From NCBI GenBank assembly GCA_025558095.1, contig JAIVFI010000018.1, positions 620,001-684,000 of the forward strand: DNA of 64,000 nucleotides, read 5' to 3'. Of this stretch, positions 47,804-57,313 are shown one piece after another. A program made the translations under genes and the position numbers. The stretch's first letter is position 1; every line of letters starts with the position of its first letter. Under the pieces are notes generated by a model. The model saw only the letters and a list, made by a program, of their open reading frames with translations. It was not told where the DNA came from and made no database searches. Source of the DNA: Hyaloraphidium curvatum SAG 235-1. Taxonomy: Eukaryota > Fungi > Monoblepharomycota.

Positions 47804-48992
47804 ATGTCTGATTCCGACTCGGACTCCGAGTCGCGGCTCTCCCTCCCCCTGGACTCGGTCTCGTCCCCCGTCGCCGGGCCCTCCTCCGGCCGCCCGCCCC
47901 GAACACCCTCGCCGGAGCCTTCTGAGGAGTCGGACCCCACGTACGACCCGCTGACGCCGCCAAGGACGCCCAAGAAGGCCGGGCGGCACGAGAAGCACGC
48001 CCCGTGGACGCCCAAGAAGGGGCCGGCCAAGAAGCACCCCGGCTTGGTGTTCCCGGAGGTCGGCATGAGGAGCTGGATTGACGAGGGCGCCATCGGCGAG
48101 GACGAGTGGAGGGCGAGGTGGGAGGCTCGTTGTTTGGTGGGCTGCGGGGCCTGAGGACCGGCCTCGCGCAGCCCTTCCCAGGGGACGAAGAGGCGCCGCG
48201 TCGACTACACTGAGGCCGACCAAAAGGTCATATTCAACCACCTCTACTCCGTGGCCGGCCTCGAGATGGAGACGTACTCTGGCAACGGCATCTTCAAGGA
48301 TATCGCCAATCTGGTGGGCTTCCCCCGCTTCTCGCTTCTTTGGAGGCCCACCCTCTGACTGCTCGTAGTACCCACGGCACACCTGGCACTCGTGGCGCGA
48401 GCACTGGGTCCGCGTCCTCGTGCCCCGCCTCGGCCCGGCCATGGACGAGCACCTGCCCACGGGCTCCCGCGCGCCGCGGACCGACGAGGGGAAGCTGGAG
48501 CTGGCGAGGCGGATCGCGGCCGACGTGCTGAGCGCGGCCAGCCGGCCGGAGTTTCCCAAGGCCAAGATGCCTAGGAAGCCAAGGGCGGCGCCACGGTCGC
48601 CCCGGTCGCCGTGGACGCCTTCGCGGGCCCCGCGCACGCCATCTCGGGCCCCTCGGACCCCGATTCAGACTCCGCGCCCCGCACGGCGAGCCCAGGCGAC
48701 CCGCGCCGCCACCCCGGAGGCCGAGAGACCCCTATACGTCGCAGAGATCGTGCGCACGCCGCACGGCTGGCTCTCCCGGCCCGTGGACCCCGCCGAGGCG
48801 CGGACGCCGGTGCCGCAGTGGCGCCTCCGCGACGGGGACGACGATTCCGGCGCCTTGCCGTCGCCGCCGCGGACGCGGGAGTACTGGACGCAGTCGCAAC
48901 CCGCGTCGGCGTCGTTCCCGAGGGACAGCTACGTGAGGAAGATACTCGAGGAGGAGGAGGGTGTGGTGGATTCGGCCGAGGAGGAGGAGTGA
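47804..48992 (+). CDS. Protein with a Rap1/TERF2IP-type Myb domain and many S/T-P-x-K/R sites
   Basis: The spliced domain reads RVDYTEADQKVIFNHL...SGNGIFKDIANL|YPRHTWHSWREHW. The flanks are rich in TPKK/TPSR/SPR. The first donor site is uncertain. Confidence 0.65.
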
Positions 48993-49164
48993 AGGCCCGT
49001 TTCGATTCCTACCTTTTCTTGTAACACTGCGGATCCATTTGTATCTCACCACGGGCGATGGTTCCGCTACTGCTATGGCGCTTGTCCAGCGGGAGACTCT
49101 CCGTCGATCGAGCTTTGTAGGACACGTGCCCCCCGCACCAATTCTGCAACGGCCATCGGACGCG

Positions 49165-50064
49165 ATGGAAACCACGGCCGGCACAAAGCTCCGCATCGCC
49201 ATCGTCGGCCTGGGCGCCATCGGCACCACGTTTGCCTCCCACCTCTCGCGCGCGGGCCACGCGGTGACCGCCGTCGCACGCGGCTCCCGCCTGGAGCAGC
49301 TCCGGCGCGACGGCGGCGCCATCCGCGTCGAGGGCGAAACCGAAACCGCGGCGGTCGACGTCGCGCCCGCCGGGCTGGACACCGAGGCCGCGTACGACCT
49401 CGTCCTGGTCGTCGTCCTCGCCCACCAGCTCGCCCCGCTCGTCCCGGCCCTGAAAGCCACCCGCGCCGCGAAAATCATGCTCATGTTCAACACGTACTCG
49501 AAGCTCGAGGACCTGCGCGAGGAAATCGGCGCCGCCCCCGCGCGCTTCTGCTTCGGGTTCCCCGCGATCCTCGCCAAGCTCGTCGACGGCGTGCTCGTCC
49601 GCAAACTCTACCCGGGCATGGCCAGCATCGTCTCCGAGGGACCCTACGACTCGGTGTTTACCGCCGCCGGGATCACCACCGCCGTCGAACCGCGCATGCA
49701 GTCCTGGCTGCGCACCCATGCCGCGCTGGTCGTCCCGCTCATGTTCCTGGGACAGCTGACCAAGCGCGAGAACCGCTCCGTTGCCTACTCCGACGCCTGG
49801 ACGGCCGCGCTCGCAATGCACGAGTGCTTCGCGCTGGCGCGGAGAGTGGGCGAGGAGATCGTGCCGTCGGGGATCGCGGTGCTCTCGTGGACGCCGACGT
49901 TCGCGCTGGCGGGGATGCTGTGGGCGCTGGGGAGGACGGGGGAGTTCAAGGAGGTGCAGCTCGTGGGACCTGCGGAGCCCGAGGCGCTGCTGAAGGAGAT
50001 GATCGCGGCTTCCGGCGGCGACGAGGGCGCGCTCAAGGCCCTGCTTTCGCTCCGATCCCCATGA
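49165..50064 (+). CDS. Ketopantoate reductase (PanE/ApbA) family oxidoreductase, intronless
   Basis: It has the Rossmann motif IAIVGLGAIG, GHAVTAVARG, YDLVLVVV, IMLMFN, FGFP and WLRTHAA. Confidence 0.75.
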   Translation: METTAGTKLRIAIVGLGAIGTTFASHLSRAGHAVTAVARGSRLEQLRRDGGAIRVEGETETAAVDVAPAGLDTEAAYDLVLVVVLAHQLAPLVPALKATRAAKIMLMFNTYSKLEDLREEIGAAPARFCFGFPAILAKLVDGVLVRKLYPGMASIVSEGPYDSVFTAAGITTAVEPRMQSWLRTHAALVVPLMFLGQLTKRENRSVAYSDAWTAALAMHECFALARRVGEEIVPSGIAVLSWTPTFALAGMLWALGRTGEFKEVQLVGPAEPEALLKEMIAASGGDEGALKALLSLRSP

Positions 50065-50524
50065 GGGCATGCGAGGACCTTTTCTGGGATCGTGGGAGTT
50101 TCGGCGATCGAAATCTATGCCGGTCCGCATGAAAGAGCAACGAGACTCACCTTGTAGTCCCCCCCACCCGCGGTTCAGCGCCAGATGTCAGGCACGGTAG
50201 GCGCGACGAAAATCACAAATCCGGTGCTCTTCATCCGCCAGTCTTTGGGTGGACGAGTCAGGAAAATGACAAAAGATACAGCACCACGTATTCCTGTGTG
50301 GTCTCCCACCACAGTACTGACGTGGCTCATACCAGCTTAACTTCAGTGGTCTGACGAGAACGGAAGCAAGCTCAAATGGAACCCGAAGGCCACGCTGCGT
50401 CGGCGGCTCGATCAAGTTTCACCGCCTGCGTCGCAAGCAGACTCAGCGGGCTTGCCCCCAAGCCTGCCCTCCGCCGAGCGCTCCTCCGCAGCATCGCCGC
50501 AATCTTAGCAATCGCAGCACCGCT

Positions 50525-52338
50525 ATGCTGTCTTCGGTCCCGCCGCCGGCGGCGATGGTGGCGTGGGCGCGCGCCGACCCGCTGGGCGCGTCCCTGCGCC
50601 TCGGCGCCCTCGTCGCCGCCGTCCTCTTCGCCGCGTGGCTCCTGCGGTTCCTGTACCGCGTCTACGTGTGGAACCTGTTCCTGAACCCGCTCAACCGCAT
50701 CCCCGGGCCCCCCGTCAAGAACATCTTCCCCCCGCTCGGCCACTTCCCGCAGATTTTCCGGGAGGAGGCCGCGGCGCCGCACATAAGATGGCTGCGCGAG
50801 TACGCCCCCGACACGGGCGTCGTGCGCTACAACTCGCTGTTCCTGCAGCCGCGCGTGATGGTCGCAAACCCGGACGTGCTGCGCACCCTTCTCTCGGCGC
50901 AGAGCTACGACTTCCCCAAGGAGCCCATCGCGGGCCCGCTCAAGGAGGTGTTTGGCGGCGGGCTGCTGTTTTCCGAGGGCGGCGTACACAGGCGCCAGCG
51001 GCGGCTGCTGAACCCGGCCTTCTCGTACGCCCACGTTCGCGGCATGGTGCCGGCCTTCTGGGGCGCCGCGTGGAAGCTGTCCGAGAAATGGGCCGCCGAG
51101 CTGGCCGCTGCAAAGAAGGGCGGCGAGCAGACGCCCCAGCTGGACGTGCACGAGGACCTGGGCGCCGCGTCGCTGGACATGATCGGCGTCGCGGGTCTGG
51201 GCCACGAGTTTGGCGCCCTCGAGGCGGAGCTGGCCCGCGCGAGGGCCAAATTGCGCGGGGACGGGGCCCAGGACGCCGAGCCGCCCGCCGCTTCGGGTTT
51301 GGCACGCGCCTACGGCAAGCTCATGTCGAGCTTCGGCCCCAGCCTGATTGGCATCCTGTTCTTCTTCTTCCCTTTCCTCGCGCGGGTCTACAAGTCGCCC
51401 AACCGGCAGGCGCAGGAGGAGGCGCTCAAGGAGATCAACGCGCATGTGAGCGAGCTCATCGACGGCAAGCGCGCGGCCGTGCGCGAGGGCAAGGCCGGCG
51501 GCGGCAAGGACCTCCTCTCCCTTCTGATGGAAGAGGCCAGCAGGGAGGGTACGGAGCTCACCGACAAGGAGCTCCGCGACCAGGTCATGACCTTCCTCGT
51601 CGCCGGCCACGAGACCACCGCACTCGCCGTCTCCTGGACCCTCTGGCTGCTCGCGCACAACCCCGCCGCGCAGGCCGCCCTCCACGCCGAGCTCTCCTCT
51701 GCCCCCGCGCTGGCGAACCTCCGCGCCGCCTGCGCCCGCGCTGCTGCAGACCCGCTGCTCGACCTCGACCCGCCCGCCGTGGCCGCGGACGACCTCGACG
51801 GGCTCAAGTACCTTAACATGGCCTTCAAGGAAGCGCTCCGCGTGATCCCCCCCGCCCCCCTGGCCTCCACCCGCGTCGTGCAGCGCGACACGGACCTCAC
51901 CGTCCCCCGCCCCGACGGCACCTCGGACACGTACCTGATCCCCAAGGGCACGGCCATCATGGTGTCCCCGTATGCGATGCACATGAGCCCGCGGCTGTGG
52001 GAGAAGGGCGGGGGGAAGGTGGAGGAGTTCAGGCCCGAGAGGTGGGAGGGCGAAGGCGGGGAGGGGGCGGTAGGGTGGATGCCGTTTTCGATGGGGCCGA
52101 GGGGGTGCATCGGGCAGAAGCTCGCGATGATCGAGGCCAAGGTGGGTTTCCACAGCGGTGCCTGGAGGCGGTCGCGGGGCTGACGTGTTGCGCGTCGTGT
52201 CAGACGGTGCTGGCTGTGCTCGTCACGCGGTTCGAGTTCGAGCCGGTGCCGGGGTACGAGGTGAAGAAGAGCCTGCGGATCACTTGGAGGCCGGACCGGC
52301 CGCTGCTGCTGCGGGTCAAGGAGCGGTCGCTGGCGTAG
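50525..52338 (+). CDS. Cytochrome P450 (clan CYP3/4-like fungal type); 2 exons
   Basis: It has a TM anchor plus PGPP, HRRQRRLLNPAF, FLVAGHETT, EALR (ExxR), FRPERW and PFSMGPRGCIG. The intron is ~52142-52203. Confidence 0.95.
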
Positions 52339-52666
52339 GATGCTTGGCGTACACATTATTGAGTGGGGCAGAAAGAAAGTGCTAGGAGGATGTTGCTGGG
52401 TGTCGAGCGGGGCAGTCGGGGTCGCAGACCGTAACATTATTCGACGTCGGGCTACTCCCACTCCGGGTTCGAGAGCGACCGAGTGCCTGCTGTCGCTCAA
52501 GGACTGGGGAGGGAACCCGAGGATGTACGGATTGCGACTGAAGTGATTGCTCTCGTCGAACCATGCAAAGCACTACTGCCCAGCCTCGCGCTGTATAGCA
52601 GCAAATATCATTGCGATGATGAGGTAAGTCTGCTGTCGTTGGCTACGTAAACAAACAGACGCCAAG

Positions 52667-54448
52667 ATGTCGGACCCTCCGCGTCCCTCGCTCTCGGCGC
52701 TCAAGCAGTCCGTCCTGTCGCGGAAGAAGGCCGTGAAACCCTCCCCCGACGCCGAGGATGCCGGCGAGCCCGTCTCGGTCTCGGAGCTGCTGGACGAGGC
52801 CGCATCGCTGGAGGACCAGGCTGAGCGGTACGGCATGTCGGGCGCCAAGGCGCGGGCGCGGCTGGAGGCGAGCTGGGCGGTGCTTGCCGGCCGTGTGTTA
52901 GCGGAGAGGTTCGGCTGGACGGTGCTCGGGCTGGGCGGGCGGCGGGCAGCAGCCTCGGTCGGGGACGAACGCCTCCCTTTCGAGGCTCTGTACAACGCGG
53001 CGCGCACGGCGGAGCTGCTGGCGACCTTCGAGGACCCTCCAACGCGTCCTGCGGGGGCGAGGTTGGACCTGCTTGAAGCAGCGCTGCTCCTGAGCGAACT
53101 CGCTGCCAGGCTGGCGGACGCGATGCCTGCGAATTCCCCGACGGAGCAAAGGACGAGGCTGGCGAACCTCGCGGACGCGCATTTCAACCATGCTCAGGCA
53201 CTGCGGAGCCTGGCGGACGAACTGGATGGCATAGGGAGGCTTCCGGAGGGGCCTGTTCCAGTTTCCGTTGGCGCTGGTCTGCCATTCGCCGTGAACATGC
53301 CGCGAGAGCGCCTTGCTCGGACGGAAACACGTCTCCAGCTCGTGCAAACGGCACTGGAACACTTGAAACGCGTCTATGCGCTCCAGGAAGAGCGCGCTGG
53401 CCTAGAGACGACTGACAGGGAAGCTGCCGCGGCCGCAGAAACGGCAGATGAGACCGAGGACACCGCTTCCGCCCCCGGCACTCCTTCAGAAGATGCCATG
53501 GACGAGGACGTGGACGGGTCGGAGGGCGGAGAGGAAGAGGCCGTGGTGCTGGAGCCCGTGACGCCCGAAGCCCTGGTCGATACCACTGTCACCCTGGTTT
53601 CGACAACCACCGACCTGCTATCCCTTTCCCTTTCTTCGCCTGATATTGCGCCAGCCGACAACAATACCGTGCTCGCCGCTGTGCAGGGCTTTCTTTCGCG
53701 CGCCCGCGCCGGGCTAACCTCCATTGCGGATGCGAAGCTGCGCGCAACTCTCTCGCACTCGCTGGCACTCCACGAAGCCCAGCTCGGCCTCCTCGTTCCC
53801 CCGCTCCGCCCCGCCGCCGTCACCTCACTGCGGACGCTTGCCGCCGAGCTCGATAGGCACTACCCGCCTGATCTGGACCTCCTCCTACCGGCCCTGACGG
53901 ACCTCGCCGATGCCCTGCTCGAGGACTCGTATCTGCCCGTGCTAGATGGCGCTCCCGCGCCCCCGCCAGCAACCGGCGCCGAGATCCTCCGACTGCTCTC
54001 CCGCGCACGTGCGCTGCGGCCTCGCGACGCGGGGATCTCTGCCTCGCTCGCCGACGCGACCGTAATCGCCGGCGTCGCACCCCGGCACACTACCTCCCCG
54101 CCCTTCACCCCTTCCGAGCTGACAGCACTCAAGGACGCCGCCAAGTCGTACCACGACGCCCTCTCCATACTCAGCTTCGATCTGGACCGCCCCGCCCCCG
54201 GCCGCGGCCGCCCGCCCACGGCCCAGCCTTCCTCGGAGGACCCCGACCCTCGCGCGCTGGGGGTGGCAAACAGGCTGCTCCTGGTCCTGCGGCACGTGGA
54301 CCCCGCGGCGTTCGCGAGGGTCTCGGGGTCGCGGGCATACGCGGCGGCGGGGGGATCGGCGGAGGCGTTCGCGAGGGGGGAGGGGGGGGACGGGGACGAG
54401 GGAGTGGTCAGGACGTGGTTGGGGTTCGCGGCGGCGCAAGGAATGTGA
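52667..54448 (+). CDS. Hypothetical alpha-helical (TPR-like) protein
   Basis: It is a 593-aa open frame, probably with a stop-free intron near 52830-52960. It contains ALYNAAR and DAHFNHAQALRSLA helices and an acidic central linker. Confidence 0.6.
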   Translation: MSDPPRPSLSALKQSVLSRKKAVKPSPDAEDAGEPVSVSELLDEAASLEDQAERYGMSGAKARARLEASWAVLAGRVLAERFGWTVLGLGGRRAAASVGDERLPFEALYNAARTAELLATFEDPPTRPAGARLDLLEAALLLSELAARLADAMPANSPTEQRTRLANLADAHFNHAQALRSLADELDGIGRLPEGPVPVSVGAGLPFAVNMPRERLARTETRLQLVQTALEHLKRVYALQEERAGLETTDREAAAAAETADETEDTASAPGTPSEDAMDEDVDGSEGGEEEAVVLEPVTPEALVDTTVTLVSTTTDLLSLSLSSPDIAPADNNTVLAAVQGFLSRARAGLTSIADAKLRATLSHSLALHEAQLGLLVPPLRPAAVTSLRTLAAELDRHYPPDLDLLLPALTDLADALLEDSYLPVLDGAPAPPPATGAEILRLLSRARALRPRDAGISASLADATVIAGVAPRHTTSPPFTPSELTALKDAAKSYHDALSILSFDLDRPAPGRGRPPTAQPSSEDPDPRALGVANRLLLVLRHVDPAAFARVSGSRAYAAAGGSAEAFARGEGGDGDEGVVRTWLGFAAAQGM

Positions 54449-54926
54449 TGCTACGCGTTTCTCAATCAATTCTTCATCTTTTCTGCGGCACACGGTCGGC
54501 ACGGGGCGTCGCAGTTTTTTGTCGGCGTTCGGATCGGTGCTTACCGCCTCGCAGCAATCAAGCCAACTCAAGCCCACCGATCCCGTCATCCTTCGAAATC
54601 GCCATCAGAAGTCGTCGTCGTCGTCCTCCCAAGGATCGAACGCGCCTTCCGCATCAGCGTCAGTGTTAACGAGCTCGGCGGCCCGCCTCAGATTGTTGGG
54701 ATCGACAGTCTCCTTGACGATCGCGCCAGCATGCTGTCCTGCCCCCGCGACGGCGTGCTCCGCTTCCAACTCCATTGTGAGGAGGCTTGAAACCCACATG
54801 TCGAATCCACGGGGTAACAGGGTCGGCCAGTCGTGGTCGGCAACGACCGCCCCCGCGATCGCCAAATCTTCGAGGCCAGTGAACATGTGCCCGGCCGTGG
54901 TCGCCACGAACAGGCTTCGCAATCAA

Positions 54927-56381
54927 TCAACCCCACCCGGGGTACGGGCAGACGACCTCCATCGTCGCAAACACACCCGAACCCCTGAACAGCCCGTACA
55001 TGGCGAACCCGACCGTGGCCAGCGACACTGCGGCCGCGCGCAGGAAGGAGAACGACGCCGGGAAGCCGAACACGGTGGCGCGCAGCCGCGACGCCTCGAG
55101 GAACGACGAGAGCACGTCGCAGTGCGCTCGCACACCCTCCGAGGGCGGGAGCAGCCGAAGGCGTTCACGCAGGTCGGCGTAGAGCTCGAGGACCGAGTCC
55201 ACTTGGCCGTTGGAAAAGGACGCATGCACGAGGTCCTGTACCACCACGCCGATCGCGGTGGCGAGCATGACGAGCGAGACGGCCGTGATGCACGTCCCGG
55301 CAAAGAGGTTGATGATCACGCAGGCGATGTCGAGGGGAATGTCAGGGACAACGGCTCTCCGAATTGCGGCAGAGGCGAGCATGCGACCTCGCCAGGTGCT
55401 TGCGAGGCGGAAATGGAGGGTGACGTACGGTTCCTCGGCAGCAGGAGGGATGGGTTCGCCTTTGAGGGCGGCCGTTCGGCAGCGCGTGTAAAAGTCCGCG
55501 AGAGCCAGCTTAGCTGCGCGGCGGTGGAGCCTGTGTTCGACGAATAGCACGAACGGGTTCTTGCGCCAGCGGATGGCCTCAATAGTGACGGAAATGTAAA
55601 GGAAAAATCCCGTAAGCATGACTGCCAGGTTAAGCACGGCCTACGGGGAAGTCCACGTGGTCGTGCCGAAAGTGACGAAGGCCGTCCACTCCGAGAACAG
55701 CACAGCCAATACCGAGGATATTGCAATCCAGAACAACGACGTCAGAATGGCAGCGGCTCCAGCCAAGGAAGGAAAGCGGCCAGCGCAACCAGCCGCGTCG
55801 CACGGACATAACGGGTCCACCGAGTCGTGCGAGAGGAGCGCCGAGCTGTCCGCGCCCTTCTCCCTGTCACCGGCAGCAGGTACGCCCTCGAGATACGTCG
55901 CGAGCTGGAGCAGCGCGTGTCCGGCGGTCCCCGAGTCTCCAAAGTCGCCCAACCATCCCTTCTGAAGCATGTGTCGTGCGATGCTGTACACGGCTTGCAG
56001 CGAGTATGCCACGATCCCGGCCGCAATCTGCTGCGTCCCGAAACGTCCGTCGTTGAGCGCGACAACAGATACGGTCGCGAGAGCAATCTTCGACGTCTGG
56101 AACCCGACGTAGAGCACCGCCGTTCCAAATCCCCGGGAGACAGCATTCCGTGCACTTTCCAAGCGCACGAGAAACGGCAGCGGCGGGGCTTTTTCCAACA
56201 TGCGGGCCATCTCGGCATTGGAGGGAGGTGCGGCTTCGAATGCGGGCGTCGCCGCGTCGCCCTCGTCCAGGAGCGCCGACGTGTCATCGCGAGCACCGCT
56301 CGGGAACAGGAGCCTCCAGTCGAGAGGGGAGAAGAGCTGCGGAGCCTCCGTTGGAGACGCGTCCGTGTCGCGTCCGTCCAT
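54927..56381 (-). pseudogene. Second member of the multi-pass membrane protein family, interrupted by in-frame TAG at 55641-55643
   Basis: It reads ...TTTWTSP*AVLNLAVML... in one frame. Motifs shared with 15007-16563 are WxxLFPS, NDGRFGTQQIAAG, LCPCDAAGCAG, SNGQVD and VCP. Confidence 0.65.
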
Positions 56382-57313
56382 GGCCGCGTCGGGGTGCTGT
56401 TTGCCTCCCGAACCCGCTTCCGCGGGGACTATGGTCTGCAAGGAAGCAGATTTGCGGGTTCGCTGTGCGCTGCGTTGCTCCGCGTGCCGTGGGGAGGCGC
56501 CTTCGTGAACGGTGTTTGGCTGGTTCGGATCAAGCCCGGGCTCAAGCGAAACCACCAGCGCACGCACCTCGATCGAGCAGCTCTGTGGCAATGTAAGTAC
56601 GCATATGACTCCACCAGATTCTAATCTCGTTGGAAGTCGGCCTGGCGGACAATAGTGGGCGATCAAGGCCCGAGACTGTCTTAGCCCTCATACTCAGCTC
56701 GCCCCGGTCCGCCGTCCCGAAATTCGCGCTAGCCCCCGACCGACCCTTCATGCGCCGCAGTCTTCCATCCCGTCGCATCCGCAGCACCTCGGTTACCTAC
56801 TGGGATTTCCGCGTCACAATGTGACGACGAGCGCCGGCTTCGGCCGGCAGGTGGGACGGCCGCCACCCCAAAAGAGGCCGAGCGGGCGCCCGTCCCGTGC
56901 TCAACAGGCGATGGTCCGCCGCCATCTGAAACAACGAGTGAAACCAGAAAAGCCAAAAACAGCGCCAGGGCCTGGCGGCCCCCGCGAGGGGGCGAAGTGC
57001 CAACACCTCCGAGCTGCAAACACTTGATGCGACAACCCTTTTGCCTTGATACCAATCCGTCCTCCAGTTCGGCTGTGGTGCGAATCCACTCGCTTTTTCG
57101 CCGCGGGCGGGGTTGCCAATGGTCGTGGCGGCGTGGAGGAATTTGCCCTCGACAGCGAATGTTCGCCCCCGCTTCGCCCCCACCGGCCCCCACTTCGGGC
57201 CTCGCTTCATTCGGGAGACAGCGCGGGAGAAGTCAAAGGGCAGCCAGGCACAGCCGCGCACCCTCCGTCTCCCGGACATTTCTCGCCCTCCGTCCTCCGG
57301 CAGCCTGCACGCC

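Noticed and set aside
52560-52632. U1 snRNA-like ACTTACCT on the minus strand
   Set aside because: There is no U1-70K loop or Sm site; it is simply the complement of a strong GAG/GTAAGT donor.
56960-57010. Resemblance to bacterial RNase P P8/P9/AGUGCAACA region
   Set aside because: The conserved GAGGAAAGUCC and ACANAANNCGGCUUA elements are absent; kept only as an unassigned structured region.
57075-57090. T-arm-like gtgg-tgcgaat-ccac suggesting a tRNA (e.g. tRNA-Sec)
   Set aside because: No acceptor stem, D-arm or anticodon arm could be built around it.
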